Positions 42,195 through 51,854 of a DNA stretch of 64,000 bases are shown piece after piece. A model generated the notes under the pieces. The model saw nothing but the letters and a program-made list of their open reading frames with translations, was not told where the DNA came from and did not search any database. The stretch is from assembly GCA_013377115.1 (NCBI GenBank), contig JACAAW010000002.1, positions 2,200 through 66,199 on the forward strand, in the 5' to 3' direction. Both the position numbers and the translations under genes were made by a program. The stretch is from Bacteroidota bacterium. GTDB lineage: Bacteria; Bacteroidota; Bacteroidia; Bacteroidales; CG2-30-32-10. The stretch's first letter is position 1. Each line of letters starts with the position of its first letter.

Positions 42195-43400
42195 ATGATT
42201 CTTAATATAAAAGTTCCAAGCCCTGGTGAGTCAATTACTGAAGTTGAATTAGTAAGATGGCTGGTTGAGAACAACGAAATTGTTGAAAAAAATGCAGAAG
42301 TTGCTGAAATAGACTCTGATAAAGCAACATTAACAATAACAGCAGAAGAAAGCGGCAAAATTGAATTTACTGCAAAAGAGGGAGACAAAGTTAATGTAGG
42401 GGCCTCGATAGGTACAATTGATTCTGAATTTGCTTTTGTGAAAAAAGAAAACTCTGAAACCGCAAACAATTCATTTGCAAATAATTCGGAAACTCAAATT
42501 ATAGAAAAAAGCCAAGATATTGATACTTCACATCTTTCAATTACTCCGCTAGCAAAAAATATTTTAAGTGATAGCAAAATAAATCCTGATGTTTTTTCAA
42601 ATAGACATGAAAAAATAACAAAAAAAATCGTCCTCGAAGAACTAAATCAAATAACGATTCCAAATTCAAATAGGCCTGTTGATATTGTAAAAATGTCTTC
42701 TTTGAGAAAAAAACTTGCAGAGAGATTAGTTGCCGTTAAAAACCAAACTGCAATGCTTACGACTTTTAATGAGGTTGATATGACCGAAATTATTAGAATA
42801 CGAAATCTTTACAAAGAAGATTTCAAAGAAAAATATGGCTCTCATTTAGGTTTTATTTCTTTTTTCGTAAATGCAGTAGTTCAAGGCTTTCAGGATTTTC
42901 CTCAAATCAATGCATCCATCGACGGTGAAAATTTTTATTATTATAAATATGCCGATGTTGGCATTGCCGTGAGCACCCAAAAGGGACTAATGGTTCCTGT
43001 AATAAAAAATGCAAATGAACTTAATTTAAAAGAAACAGAGCTAAAATTGGCTGAATTGGCTGCAAAGGCACGTGATAATAAAATCACACTTGAAGAACTC
43101 ACAGGAGGAACGTTCACAATTACCAATGGTGGTGTTTTTGGCTCATTGATGTCAACTCCAATTCTAAATCCTCCTCAAAGTGCCATTCTTGGAATGCATA
43201 AAATTATGGACCGGGCTGTTGTTATTAATGGCAAAATTGAAATCCGACCAATGATGTACATTGCGCTTTCATATGACCACAGAATCATTGATGGAAAAGA
43301 ATCTGTTGGTTTTATTGTAAAAGTTAAGGAAATTCTAGAATCTCCTGTTGAAAAAATATTTAAAGGAGAGGCAAATATTAAAACAGTTTTAGGAATATAA
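42195..43400 (+). CDS. sucB: dihydrolipoyllysine-residue succinyltransferase (E2o)
   Basis: Lipoyl domain EIDSDKATL, a peripheral subunit-binding segment, and the catalytic tail [14 protein letters not shown]. Confidence 0.95.
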   Translation: MILNIKVPSPGESITEVELVRWLVENNEIVEKNAEVAEIDSDKATLTITAEESGKIEFTAKEGDKVNVGASIGTIDSEFAFVKKENSETANNSFANNSETQIIEKSQDIDTSHLSITPLAKNILSDSKINPDVFSNRHEKITKKIVLEELNQITIPNSNRPVDIVKMSSLRKKLAERLVAVKNQTAMLTTFNEVDMTEIIRIRNLYKEDFKEKYGSHLGFISFFVNAVVQGFQDFPQINASIDGENFYYYKYADVGIAVSTQKGLMVPVIKNANELNLKETELKLAELAAKARDNKITLEELTGGTFTITNGGVFGSLMSTPILNPPQSAILGMHKIMDRAVVINGKIEIRPMMYIALSYDHRIIDGKESVGFIVKVKEILESPVEKIFKGEANIKTVLGI

Positions 43401-43436
43401 AAAAAGAGGCGATTTAAAAAATCGCCTCTTTTTTTG
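43401..43436. terminator. bidirectional rho-independent terminator
   Basis: agaggcgatt (43405..43414) pairs with aatcgcctct (43420..43429). It is flanked by an A-run and a T-run, between convergent sucB and the S46 peptidase. Confidence 0.75.
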
Positions 43437-43448
43437 AAAATCTATTTG

Positions 43449-45608
43449 TTATTTTTTTATTGTCATTTCGTTCAATAAATTCGTAGCTCCTGCAAATTTA
43501 TCAATAATGAAAAGCATGTATCTAATGTCAAGATTAATTGATCTTTGTAGTTCTGGGTCAAATGCTATTGGAACACTTGTTGCTTCCCAATTAATATCGA
43601 AACAAATTCCAACCAATTCGCCGTCTCCATTAATAACGGGAGCTCCTGAATTTCCTCCAGTAACATCATTGTTAGAAATAAAGCAGGTTTTCATAACACC
43701 ATTTTCACCATATCTTCCAAAATCTTTAGCTTTATAAAGCTCTTTTAATTTTGCAGGTACAGTAAAATCAGGATTATTTGTTTCACCTTTGGTTATTAAT
43801 TCATCCAATGTTGTATAATAGCTGTATTTAATATCTGCTGAAGGATTATAATCAGAAACTTTTCCGTAAGTTAATCTCATAGAAGAGTTTGCATTTGGAT
43901 AAAGTTTTTTATCCTTTTTCATTTCCATAATACCAGCAACAAATAATCTGTTTCCTCTTTCTAAATGTGTTTTTGCTGCATTATATACATCAAATATTTC
44001 TTTATATTTTGTGTAGAAAGATTGCATTGTTGTATATGCAATATCTTTTTCCATTTTCTTATAATCAGGTTTCAAAAGAAAATCTAAAATTTTATCTTTT
44101 GTAGCAAATATAGATTTTTCATAAAGTTCGTCTGCAAAAAGCTTCACATCGCCCTTGTATTTCTTTTGAATTGTTGTATAAATTTCTGGCAACTGGTCTT
44201 TTGGGACATTTTGGAAAAACATAGAGACTAATGCAATAAATTGCTTTTTGTCTGTTTCCAGATTGAAGTTTTTGAAATATTGTTTTGCCGTATAACTTAA
44301 GTTTTGATTCATTTTAAACAGTTTGTCTTCGTCAACTGAAAGCTTTAACTCTTTGCAATATTCTTCAAAACTATTGGCATAAGTGATTATTTCTGAACCT
44401 CTTGTAATTGCCTCTTTAAAATACCAGAATGACATATTGTATTTACCAATTTCATCATAGGCTTTTGAAATAATGTCTAAGGCGTTTCCATATTTTTGTT
44501 TTCTATTTGGATCTTGTTCAATCCATTTTGTAAATTCTGCTTCAATTTCCTTTTTCTTGTCGTAAACTTTCAGTTTTTGTAAAATTTGACTTTGTCCAAT
44601 ATAATACTTGTAATAATTGGCCGAAACAGCGTATTTAGAAGCATATTGAATATTGATTTCTTCTTTAGAATTCATATCTTCTTTCATCAAAGACAATTTC
44701 TTTTCTCTAATTTTAACAATAGTTGGATTGATTTGATCTAAGGCAAGTTTCACCCCAAAAGAAGTCATAAAACGATCTGTTGTTCCTGGATATCCAAGTA
44801 CCATAGTAAAATCATCCTTTTTAACACCCTTTAATGAAATAGGTAAAAAGTGTTTTGGAATGTATGGTACGTTCTTTTTTGAATAATCTGCAGGACCTCC
44901 AGAAGGAGACATATATACTCTGAAAATTGAAAAATCAGCAGTATGACGAGGCCACATCCAATTATCAGCATCAGCACCAAATCTGCCAAGTGCTTCAGGA
45001 GGTGCTCCAACTAATCTAACATCTTTGTATGTTTCATAAACGAACAAATAATATTCATTTCCTTCAAAAAAGCCAGAAACTTTTGAATTGTATGCTGTCC
45101 CTGCAATAGCCTCAGCTTCAAGCTTTGTGGCAATTTCTTCAACTTTTGCTGCTCTATCTGCATCACTCATTTCTGGAGTAATTTGAGAAAGTATCTTTTG
45201 AGTAACATCCTCCATTCTAATTAAAAAAGAAGCACTTAATTTATCGTTTTTTAGTTCTTCATTTTTATTCATAGCCCAAAAACCGTTGGCAAGAAAATCT
45301 TTTTCAACAGTACTATGCGCTTGAATGTAAGAATAACCACAATGGTGGTTGGTAAGCATTAATCCTTCACCAGAAATCATTTCTGCAGAACAAGCTCCAT
45401 TATTCAACATTACAATGGCGTCTTTTATACTCGAGTTATTAACGCTGTAAATTTCTTCAGCGGTTAAATGAAGTCCCATTTTTTGCATATCAACATAATT
45501 CAAACGGTTAATTAGCAAAGGCAACCACATTCCTTCATCGGCTTTTGCAAGAAAACTAAAGCCAAGTGTTAAATAAATGACGGAAAATAAGACCAATTTT
45601 TTTATCAT
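43449..45608 (-). CDS. S46 family dipeptidyl-peptidase (DPP7/DPP11 family), paralog 1
   Basis: Signal peptide followed by ADEGMWLP. Catalytic His in LTNHHC and Ser in TGGNSGAPV. The protein is 719 aa. Confidence 0.9.
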   Translation of the reverse strand: MIKKLVLFSVIYLTLGFSFLAKADEGMWLPLLINRLNYVDMQKMGLHLTAEEIYSVNNSSIKDAIVMLNNGACSAEMISGEGLMLTNHHCGYSYIQAHSTVEKDFLANGFWAMNKNEELKNDKLSASFLIRMEDVTQKILSQITPEMSDADRAAKVEEIATKLEAEAIAGTAYNSKVSGFFEGNEYYLFVYETYKDVRLVGAPPEALGRFGADADNWMWPRHTADFSIFRVYMSPSGGPADYSKKNVPYIPKHFLPISLKGVKKDDFTMVLGYPGTTDRFMTSFGVKLALDQINPTIVKIREKKLSLMKEDMNSKEEINIQYASKYAVSANYYKYYIGQSQILQKLKVYDKKKEIEAEFTKWIEQDPNRKQKYGNALDIISKAYDEIGKYNMSFWYFKEAITRGSEIITYANSFEEYCKELKLSVDEDKLFKMNQNLSYTAKQYFKNFNLETDKKQFIALVSMFFQNVPKDQLPEIYTTIQKKYKGDVKLFADELYEKSIFATKDKILDFLLKPDYKKMEKDIAYTTMQSFYTKYKEIFDVYNAAKTHLERGNRLFVAGIMEMKKDKKLYPNANSSMRLTYGKVSDYNPSADIKYSYYTTLDELITKGETNNPDFTVPAKLKELYKAKDFGRYGENGVMKTCFISNNDVTGGNSGAPVINGDGELVGICFDINWEATSVPIAFDPELQRSINLDIRYMLFIIDKFAGATNLLNEMTIKK

Positions 45609-46029
45609 AATTGTAAGTTTTGAATTGGGGGATGAAACTATTATTTTTGAAAAATATTCTTATATGAACCACAAAAATAAACTTTTATATTTTAATCAAA
45701 AAATTATTTGACATTTATTTCTCTTTTTTCATTAATAATTTGTTTAATACTCTTTTTTTTAACGTTTATTCTATTAATACTATTTCTTGTGAAAATATTT
45801 GTAGTTTTCCTTTTATTACTTTTCAAAAGTTTAATATATTCGCAGAATAATATTTTTTTCTGAATCTATGAAAGGATTGTCATTTTTTTAAACTTTCTTT
45901 TGATGTTAATAATTCTTTTTGAAATAATTTGCATTTTTTAAAACTATATAAGTTTTTTTGCGTATAAGTTTATTTAAATAGTCTTTTACTTTATTTTAGC
46001 CAATATTTGTTCATAATAAACAGAAAAAC

Positions 46030-48093
46030 ATGAAAAAAATTCTAATCTTTTCTATTGTCACAATCCTTTCTTTTGCTTTTACAAATACCGCAAAATCTCA
46101 AACCGAAGATTTTAAAACCAAATATGATCTTGCCGAAGGGATGATGAATGATGGAAATTACACTGCAGCTTTACAGATTTTTTTATCATTAGATTCCATT
46201 AAACCACAAAATTCAAATATTAATTTTCAAATTGGAATGTGCTATATTAATTCTACAAGCGACCAAACAAAAGCAATTCCTTATTTTGAAATGGCAAAGA
46301 AAAATGTATCAAAAAAGTATACTGGTGGTTCAAAAGAGGATCGTTGTTCTCCTTATGTATTCTATTATTTAGCAAAAGCATATCACCTTGACTATAATTT
46401 GGACAAAGCAATTGAGTATTTTAATAAATTCAAAGAGTATTTTAATTATAAAACAGATCGTGCTATCGTTGAACAAGCCGACAGACAAATAGAAATGTGC
46501 AACAATGCAAAAAAATCAATGGCAGATGCAGGTAAACTAAAAATTGAAAATTTAGGTCCCAATATTAATAGTCCTTATCGAGACTACTCTCCCGTAATTT
46601 CTTTAGATGGGTCTACTTTAATTTTTACATCACGTAGAAAAGTTGGCGAAAATCCTAAAAAAGAAAAAGATGGCAGATACTTTGAAGATATTTATATTTC
46701 AAAATATAATTCTGAGACAAAACAATGGGATCAGGCAAAAAGTATTGGAGATTCAATTAATACAAATCTTCATGAAGCCTCTATTAGCTTGTCTGCGGAT
46801 GGCAAACAATTGTTTTTATACAAAAGTGATGGAAAGGATGGAAATATATATGTAAGTAAAAACATAGATGGCAATTGGAGTTCTCCGCAAAAATTGCCCG
46901 AACCTATTAATTCAAAGGCTTGGGAAACCCATGTATTTTTAACAACCGATGGAAATACTTTATATTTTGTAAGTGATCGTTCTGGGGGTTTTGGTGGAAG
47001 AGACATTTATTCTAGCAAAAAAATATCAGAAGGTGTTTGGGATAAACCTATTAATTTAGGTCCTGTTATTAATACAAAATACGAGGAAGAATCTCCATAT
47101 ATTGTTACAGATTCTTCGGGAACAACTTTATACTTTAGTTCAAAAGGACAAGGAAGTATTGGTGGTTTCGATATTTTTACTTCCAAACAAAAAATTGATG
47201 GCACTTGGTCGGAACCAAAAAGTATGATTTATCCAATTAACACATCGGATGATGACGTTTTCTATGTTCCAACTCAAGATAAAAAACATGCCTATTATGC
47301 TTCTGGTAAATATGGAGGACTTGGTGATTTAGATTTATATTATGTAACAATTCTAAATGAAGGTAAAGCCGATTCCACAAAAATTGACACAATTGTTACA
47401 CAACCTGTCGACACCGCAAAAATTGTTAAAAATGTAATTACTCCCCAGGATACCGTTAAAAATATAGTTGTAATACCTCAAGATACTGTTAAAAATGTAG
47501 TAATTACTCAAGTGGATACTAATAAACTTAACATCTATACCGTTCAGGTTGGTGCAGGAAATATGAACTTAAGTTATTTTAGTAAAGTTAAAGATTATGA
47601 AATAAAACTCAATAAGAAAGATCTATTAAAAAGATTTATTGTAGGTCGTTTTACCAATAAAGAAGAAGCTTTTACTTTTAGACAAAAAATGGTATTTCTT
47701 GGCTATGAAGACGCCTTTGTTAGAACAATTAGTGCCACAAATGATATTGATGTAGGAGAAGGTGTTATTATGAGAAATGTATATTTTGAAAATACTACTT
47801 TAAAACCTGAGTCTAACAATGAAATAAATAAATTTATAGATTTTTTAAAATTAAACCCTAGTTTTGTAATCGAGATTTCCTGTCATACCGACAATACTGG
47901 TGATGCAGCAACTAACACTTCATTAACAGACAGTAGAGCAAAATCGGTAACAGAATACATTGTTTCGAAAGGAATTGAGCCAAGCAGATTGTCTTATAAA
48001 GGTTATGGTTCTAAGAAACCTTTTGCAACTAACTCCACAGTAGAAGGCAGAAAAACAAACTGCCGAACCGAATATTGTATTATTAAAAAATAA
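46030..48093 (+). CDS. OmpA-family protein with N-terminal TPR and TolB-like PD40 repeats
   Basis: Signal peptide, then TPR-like helices. The PD40 pattern repeats (SPVISLDGSTLIFTS, LSADGKQLFLYKS, TTDGNTLYFVSDRSGGFGGRDIY, TTLYFSSKGQGSIGGFDIF). C-terminal OmpA-like domain: HTDNTGDAATNTSLTDSRAKSV. Confidence 0.85.
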   Translation: MKKILIFSIVTILSFAFTNTAKSQTEDFKTKYDLAEGMMNDGNYTAALQIFLSLDSIKPQNSNINFQIGMCYINSTSDQTKAIPYFEMAKKNVSKKYTGGSKEDRCSPYVFYYLAKAYHLDYNLDKAIEYFNKFKEYFNYKTDRAIVEQADRQIEMCNNAKKSMADAGKLKIENLGPNINSPYRDYSPVISLDGSTLIFTSRRKVGENPKKEKDGRYFEDIYISKYNSETKQWDQAKSIGDSINTNLHEASISLSADGKQLFLYKSDGKDGNIYVSKNIDGNWSSPQKLPEPINSKAWETHVFLTTDGNTLYFVSDRSGGFGGRDIYSSKKISEGVWDKPINLGPVINTKYEEESPYIVTDSSGTTLYFSSKGQGSIGGFDIFTSKQKIDGTWSEPKSMIYPINTSDDDVFYVPTQDKKHAYYASGKYGGLGDLDLYYVTILNEGKADSTKIDTIVTQPVDTAKIVKNVITPQDTVKNIVVIPQDTVKNVVITQVDTNKLNIYTVQVGAGNMNLSYFSKVKDYEIKLNKKDLLKRFIVGRFTNKEEAFTFRQKMVFLGYEDAFVRTISATNDIDVGEGVIMRNVYFENTTLKPESNNEINKFIDFLKLNPSFVIEISCHTDNTGDAATNTSLTDSRAKSVTEYIVSKGIEPSRLSYKGYGSKKPFATNSTVEGRKTNCRTEYCIIKK
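47425..47520 (+). repeat. three tandem 30-33-nt coding repeats (VKNVITPQDT / VKNIVVIPQDT / VKNVVITQVDT)
   Basis: Read directly from the sequence. The repeats are in frame within the linker of the OmpA-family protein. Confidence 0.7.
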
Positions 48094-48123
48094 AAAAAAG
48101 GTCGAAAATTTCGACCTTTTTTT
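48094..48123. terminator. bidirectional rho-independent terminator
   Basis: ggtcga / tcgacc stem (48100..48116) sits between an A8 run and a T-run. It lies between the convergent OmpA-family and S46 genes. Confidence 0.7.
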
Positions 48124-50283
48124 TTATTTTTTTAATGAGAGCTCATTTAAAAGATATCCCGCTCCTGCATATTTTTCAATTAGGAATAAAATATATCGAA
48201 TATCAACATTGATGCACCTTTGAAGCTCTGGCTCAAAAGCGATAGAAACACTCGTGGCCTCCCAATTAATATCGAAAACTAATCCTACCAACTCTCCATT
48301 TCCATTCAAAACCGGAGCTCCAGAAGTTCCGCCTGTAATGTCATTATTTGTTATGAAGCAAACTTTAACTTTTCCATTTTCGACATAAGTCCCAAAATCA
48401 CGATCCCTGTATAATTCCTTAAGCTTTTCAGGAACATCGAAATCTTGTTTGTTTGGATCAACCCTATCCATTAATTCTTCAAAAGTTGTATAATAATTAT
48501 AGTTTTTCTGACCTGTCGGATTATAATCGGTAACTTTTCCATAAGAAAAACGCATCGTTGAATTTGCATCAGGATAAAAAGATTTTCCTTTTTCCAAACT
48601 CATTATTCCATCAATAAATAATCTTGTGTGTTCCTCTAAATCCAATTTTGCTTGATTAAATGGTTTCACAATTTCCTCATGTTTTTCAAAAAAAGAAACC
48701 ATGGTAGAATATGCAGGATCCTTTTCTATTTTTTTATAATCCGGTTTTATTAAAAACTCCAAAACCTTATCTTTGCTAGAAAAAATTGATTTTTCAAACA
48801 TGTCATTTACAAAGGATTTTACGTCACCCTTGAACTTTTTTTGAATTACTTCTTCATATATAAGTGGAAACTGATTTTTTGGAACATCCTCAAAATACAT
48901 TTCAAGCAATGCTAAAGTTATTTTCTTGTCTGTTTCTAAGTTATAACTTTTAAAATATTGTTTTGCAGCATAAATTAAATTCTGGGTTAAACTATTTATT
49001 TTTTCTTGGTTATCGCCAACTTTAAGTTCGTTATATAAATCTTTAAATTGAAATGCATAATTCAAGATCTCGCCACCTCTGTTTATTGCTTCTTTATAAT
49101 AAACTTCAGAAACATTATATTTTCTCAAATCCTCAAACGTTTTGGAAAGTTCATTCAAAACATTTCCATATATTTCTTTTCTTTTGGGAGTTTCATTTAC
49201 CCACTTCGTAAACGCTTCTTCCGTTTTTTGTTTTTTGTCTATTACATTTAGTTTTGTTAAAACTTGTATTTGACCAGTAAAATATTTCCAATAATTATCC
49301 GTGCGTGCATATTTCGATGCATACTTAATCCTTAAATCTTCGCTTTGATCCATATCTGCTTTCATTAAATCTAATTTCATTCCGCGAATTTTAACAATTG
49401 AAGGATTGGTCTGTTCTAACAACATTTTAACACCATAAGAGGACAAAAATCTATCTGTTGTTGCAGGATAACCCAAAACCATAGTAAAATCATCTTTTTT
49501 TATCCCTTTTGTAGAAATTGGAAGAAAATGCTTTGGAACATAGGGAATATTTTTCTTTGAATAATCTGCAGGCTTGCCATCAGGTGACATATATATTCTG
49601 AAAAATGCAAAATCACCAGCATGCCTTGGCCATCTCCAATTATCTGCTTGATCGGCAAAAGCCGCAATTGATTCTGGCGGAGCGCCCACTAATCTAACAT
49701 CTTTATATGTTTCATAAACAAACATATAATATTCATTTCCATTAAAAAAACTTTTAACAGTTGCTGTATAAGTGGTGTTAGATGTGGCCTCTGCAGCAAG
49801 CTTTGATGAGATTTCGTCAATTTTTGTTGATCTTTGGTTTTCCGTCATCCCTGGAGTAATCTGAGACAGAATTTTTTGAGTAATATCTTCCATCCTAATT
49901 AAAAAGGTAGCAGTTAACTTATCGTTTTTCAATTCTTCCATTTTGGACATCGCCCAAAATCCATTTTTTAAATAATCCTTTTCAACAGTGCTATGATTTT
50001 GAATAAAACCATAAGCACAATGATGATTTGTCATTAATAAGCCTTCTTTTGATATCATTTCCGCGGAGCAAAAACCATCATTTAGTGATACTATTGCATC
50101 CTTAATACTCGAATTGTTGACACTATAAATTTCTTCTGCAGTTAGTTTTAGCCCCATTTTCTGCATATCAACATAATTAAGGCGATTAATCAATAAGGGG
50201 AGCCACATTCCTTCATCTGCTTTTACAACATTTTGGTTAAAAAGAAATAAAGAAAACAATAGAAAAATACCTTTTTTTATCAT
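48124..50283 (-). CDS. S46 family dipeptidyl-peptidase, paralog 2
   Basis: Same length (719 aa) and collinear with paralog 1. Motifs: ADEGMWLP, MTNHHC, TGGTSGAPV. Confidence 0.9.
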   Translation of the reverse strand: MIKKGIFLLFSLFLFNQNVVKADEGMWLPLLINRLNYVDMQKMGLKLTAEEIYSVNNSSIKDAIVSLNDGFCSAEMISKEGLLMTNHHCAYGFIQNHSTVEKDYLKNGFWAMSKMEELKNDKLTATFLIRMEDITQKILSQITPGMTENQRSTKIDEISSKLAAEATSNTTYTATVKSFFNGNEYYMFVYETYKDVRLVGAPPESIAAFADQADNWRWPRHAGDFAFFRIYMSPDGKPADYSKKNIPYVPKHFLPISTKGIKKDDFTMVLGYPATTDRFLSSYGVKMLLEQTNPSIVKIRGMKLDLMKADMDQSEDLRIKYASKYARTDNYWKYFTGQIQVLTKLNVIDKKQKTEEAFTKWVNETPKRKEIYGNVLNELSKTFEDLRKYNVSEVYYKEAINRGGEILNYAFQFKDLYNELKVGDNQEKINSLTQNLIYAAKQYFKSYNLETDKKITLALLEMYFEDVPKNQFPLIYEEVIQKKFKGDVKSFVNDMFEKSIFSSKDKVLEFLIKPDYKKIEKDPAYSTMVSFFEKHEEIVKPFNQAKLDLEEHTRLFIDGIMSLEKGKSFYPDANSTMRFSYGKVTDYNPTGQKNYNYYTTFEELMDRVDPNKQDFDVPEKLKELYRDRDFGTYVENGKVKVCFITNNDITGGTSGAPVLNGNGELVGLVFDINWEATSVSIAFEPELQRCINVDIRYILFLIEKYAGAGYLLNELSLKK

Positions 50284-50374
50284 AGCAATAAGGGTTTAAT
50301 GACGAAAAATAAAGCAAAGATAATAAATATAATTTTAATTAATTTTTTTAACAAAAATTACATTTTTATGACAA

Positions 50375-50408
50375 CAAAAAAAGGTCACCAATTTGGTGAC
50401 CTTTTTTT
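50375..50408. terminator. bidirectional rho-independent terminator
   Basis: aggtcacc (50382..50389) pairs with ggtgacct (50395..50402). It is flanked by A7 and T7 runs and lies downstream of the 148-aa gene on the minus strand. Confidence 0.7.
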
Positions 50409-50425
50409 GTTTAATTTATGAGTGA

Positions 50426-50872
50426 CTATTTGTCTTTGTCACCACCAGCAAGCAATACAAAAGAATAAGTTCCGTTGCAGTCACCATCAGCAAACCATTC
50501 TTTAGTTTGTCCTGTTGTTATTGCATAAATGGTTTTGTAACCTGTTCTTGCTTTTACTGTTGTTTCTGCCCATGCATCTACTACGCCTTTTGATACGCCA
50601 TCAACATAAACTTCTACCATAAATCCCGTATTGTTTACAACATTGATGCTACAATCTTTTTTACCTCTGGTTTTTTGTTGATCTAAAGCTGGATCTTGTT
50701 GTGGGTTTTCATCTGTTGTTGGCATTTGCGCTTTAATATGTGGGTTTTGACCTCTTGTTTTTTCTACGCTTTTTGCTTTAATTTCTACTTTTTTTACATC
50801 TTGAGCGAATGTATTTGCTGTGAAGATTTGGCTTACAAAAGCCACCATTGCGATTACTAATAATTTTTTCAT
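50426..50872 (-). CDS. 148-aa secreted protein of unknown function, copy 1
   Basis: Signal peptide MKKLLVIAMVAFVSQIFTANTFAQD. A Pro/Gln-rich linker carries two KTRG motifs. The C-terminal beta-rich domain of about 75 aa has two Cys. I recognise no family. Confidence 0.8.
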   Translation of the reverse strand: MKKLLVIAMVAFVSQIFTANTFAQDVKKVEIKAKSVEKTRGQNPHIKAQMPTTDENPQQDPALDQQKTRGKKDCSINVVNNTGFMVEVYVDGVSKGVVDAWAETTVKARTGYKTIYAITTGQTKEWFADGDCNGTYSFVLLAGGDKDK

Positions 50873-50880
50873 TGTTTTGG
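50426..50880 (-). repeat. direct repeat, copy 1 (partner at 58294..58748)
   Basis: By eye this copy is identical to copy 2 except for about six substitutions clustered at the two ends of the CDS. Confidence 0.9.
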
Positions 50881-50935
50881 GATTTTGTTTGTTAATAATT
50901 TATTTTTTGTTTTAAATTTCCGTGATTTGAATATG

Positions 50936-50962
50936 AATAAAATAACTTTTTAAAAGGTAACC
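50936..50962 (-). promoter_or_regulatory. candidate ECF-type promoter motif GGTTACCTTTT-N8-ATTTTATT
   Basis: The minus strand reads GGTTACCTTTTAAAAAGTTATTTTATT, ending 63 nt upstream of the copy-1 ATG. The same motif with the same spacing occurs at 58791..58817 and 51219..51245. Confidence 0.4.
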
Positions 50963-51218
50963 GATAATTTTTATTTTTTTTTATTTGTTGCAAATTTAAT
51001 GTTAATTCCTTTCCAACAACCATTAATAAAACCAAAAATTAAAAAGTAACCAGGGAAAATGAAATTTGTTTACGTGGTTTTATTTTTTCTGTTGCAAAAA
51101 CCGTACAAAAAAATAAAGTATCTACTACTAAAAAATATTTTTTGTATTTTTGATTTTTAGTTTCAAATATCATTACAATATTGTATATAAGTTTTTTATT
51201 AAAAAGTTCTAAGAAGCT

Positions 51219-51245
51219 GGTTACCTTTTTATATTTAGATTTATA
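51219..51245 (+). promoter_or_regulatory. candidate autoregulated ECF promoter upstream of the sigma factor gene
   Basis: GGTTACCTTTTTATATTTAGATTTATA ends 12 nt before the ATG at 51258. No TAnnTTTG box is present here. Confidence 0.4.
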
Positions 51246-51257
51246 AATTCCCAACAA

Positions 51258-51836
51258 ATGCAAGAAGAGGAAAAAATCATTAATGATTTAAAAAATTGCA
51301 ACGAAGATGCGCTTCAGTATTTGTATGAAAATTACAGACAGCAGTTTATCAAGTGGGCGACATACAATTACCATATTGCAGTTGAAGAGGCTGAGGATAT
51401 TTATTCTGACACAATTATTGATGTTTATCAGAATATTAGAACAGAAAAATACGTAAAACAAAGTAATAGTTCTTTAAAATCTTATTTATTTGAAGTCGGG
51501 AAATATAAAATCCTAAATCTAATTAATAAAAAGAAGTTGAATGATGTTCACCATCAAAACATTTATCATTTAAATGTTGATAAGAGACAAGATTCTCCAG
51601 AAGTTAATCAGTTTAGTGAAGACTTAGCAATAAAAGTAAAAGAGTTAATGAACTTACTTGATGATAAATGTAAGGAGGTTCTCACTCTTTACTATTTTTA
51701 TAATCTTTCAATGGAAAAAATTGCTGAAAAAATGGATTTTAAAAACGACGACGTTTCAAAAAATAAGAAATTGAAATGTTTAAGAAGGCTCCAAGAGCTA
51801 ACTTTTGAACGTTATGAAAAAGCAGATTTTTTTTAA
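51258..51836 (+). CDS. ECF-type sigma-70 family RNA polymerase sigma factor
   Basis: 192 aa. A region-2-like segment (YENYRQQFIKWATYNYHIAVEEAEDIYSDTIIDVY) and a region-4 HTH (CKEVLTLYYFYNLSMEKIAEKMDFKNDDVSKNKKLKCLRRL) are present. No region 1 or 3 is visible. Confidence 0.85.
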   Translation: MQEEEKIINDLKNCNEDALQYLYENYRQQFIKWATYNYHIAVEEAEDIYSDTIIDVYQNIRTEKYVKQSNSSLKSYLFEVGKYKILNLINKKKLNDVHHQNIYHLNVDKRQDSPEVNQFSEDLAIKVKELMNLLDDKCKEVLTLYYFYNLSMEKIAEKMDFKNDDVSKNKKLKCLRRLQELTFERYEKADFF

Positions 51837-51854
51837 TAAATAAATCCAGAGATT

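Noticed and set aside
51039-51263. 74-aa minus-strand ORF between copy 1 of the 148-aa gene and the sigma gene
   Set aside because: It is Lys/Phe/Ile-rich and has the low complexity typical of AT-rich intergenic DNA. It also overlaps the candidate sigma promoter and the sigma start codon.
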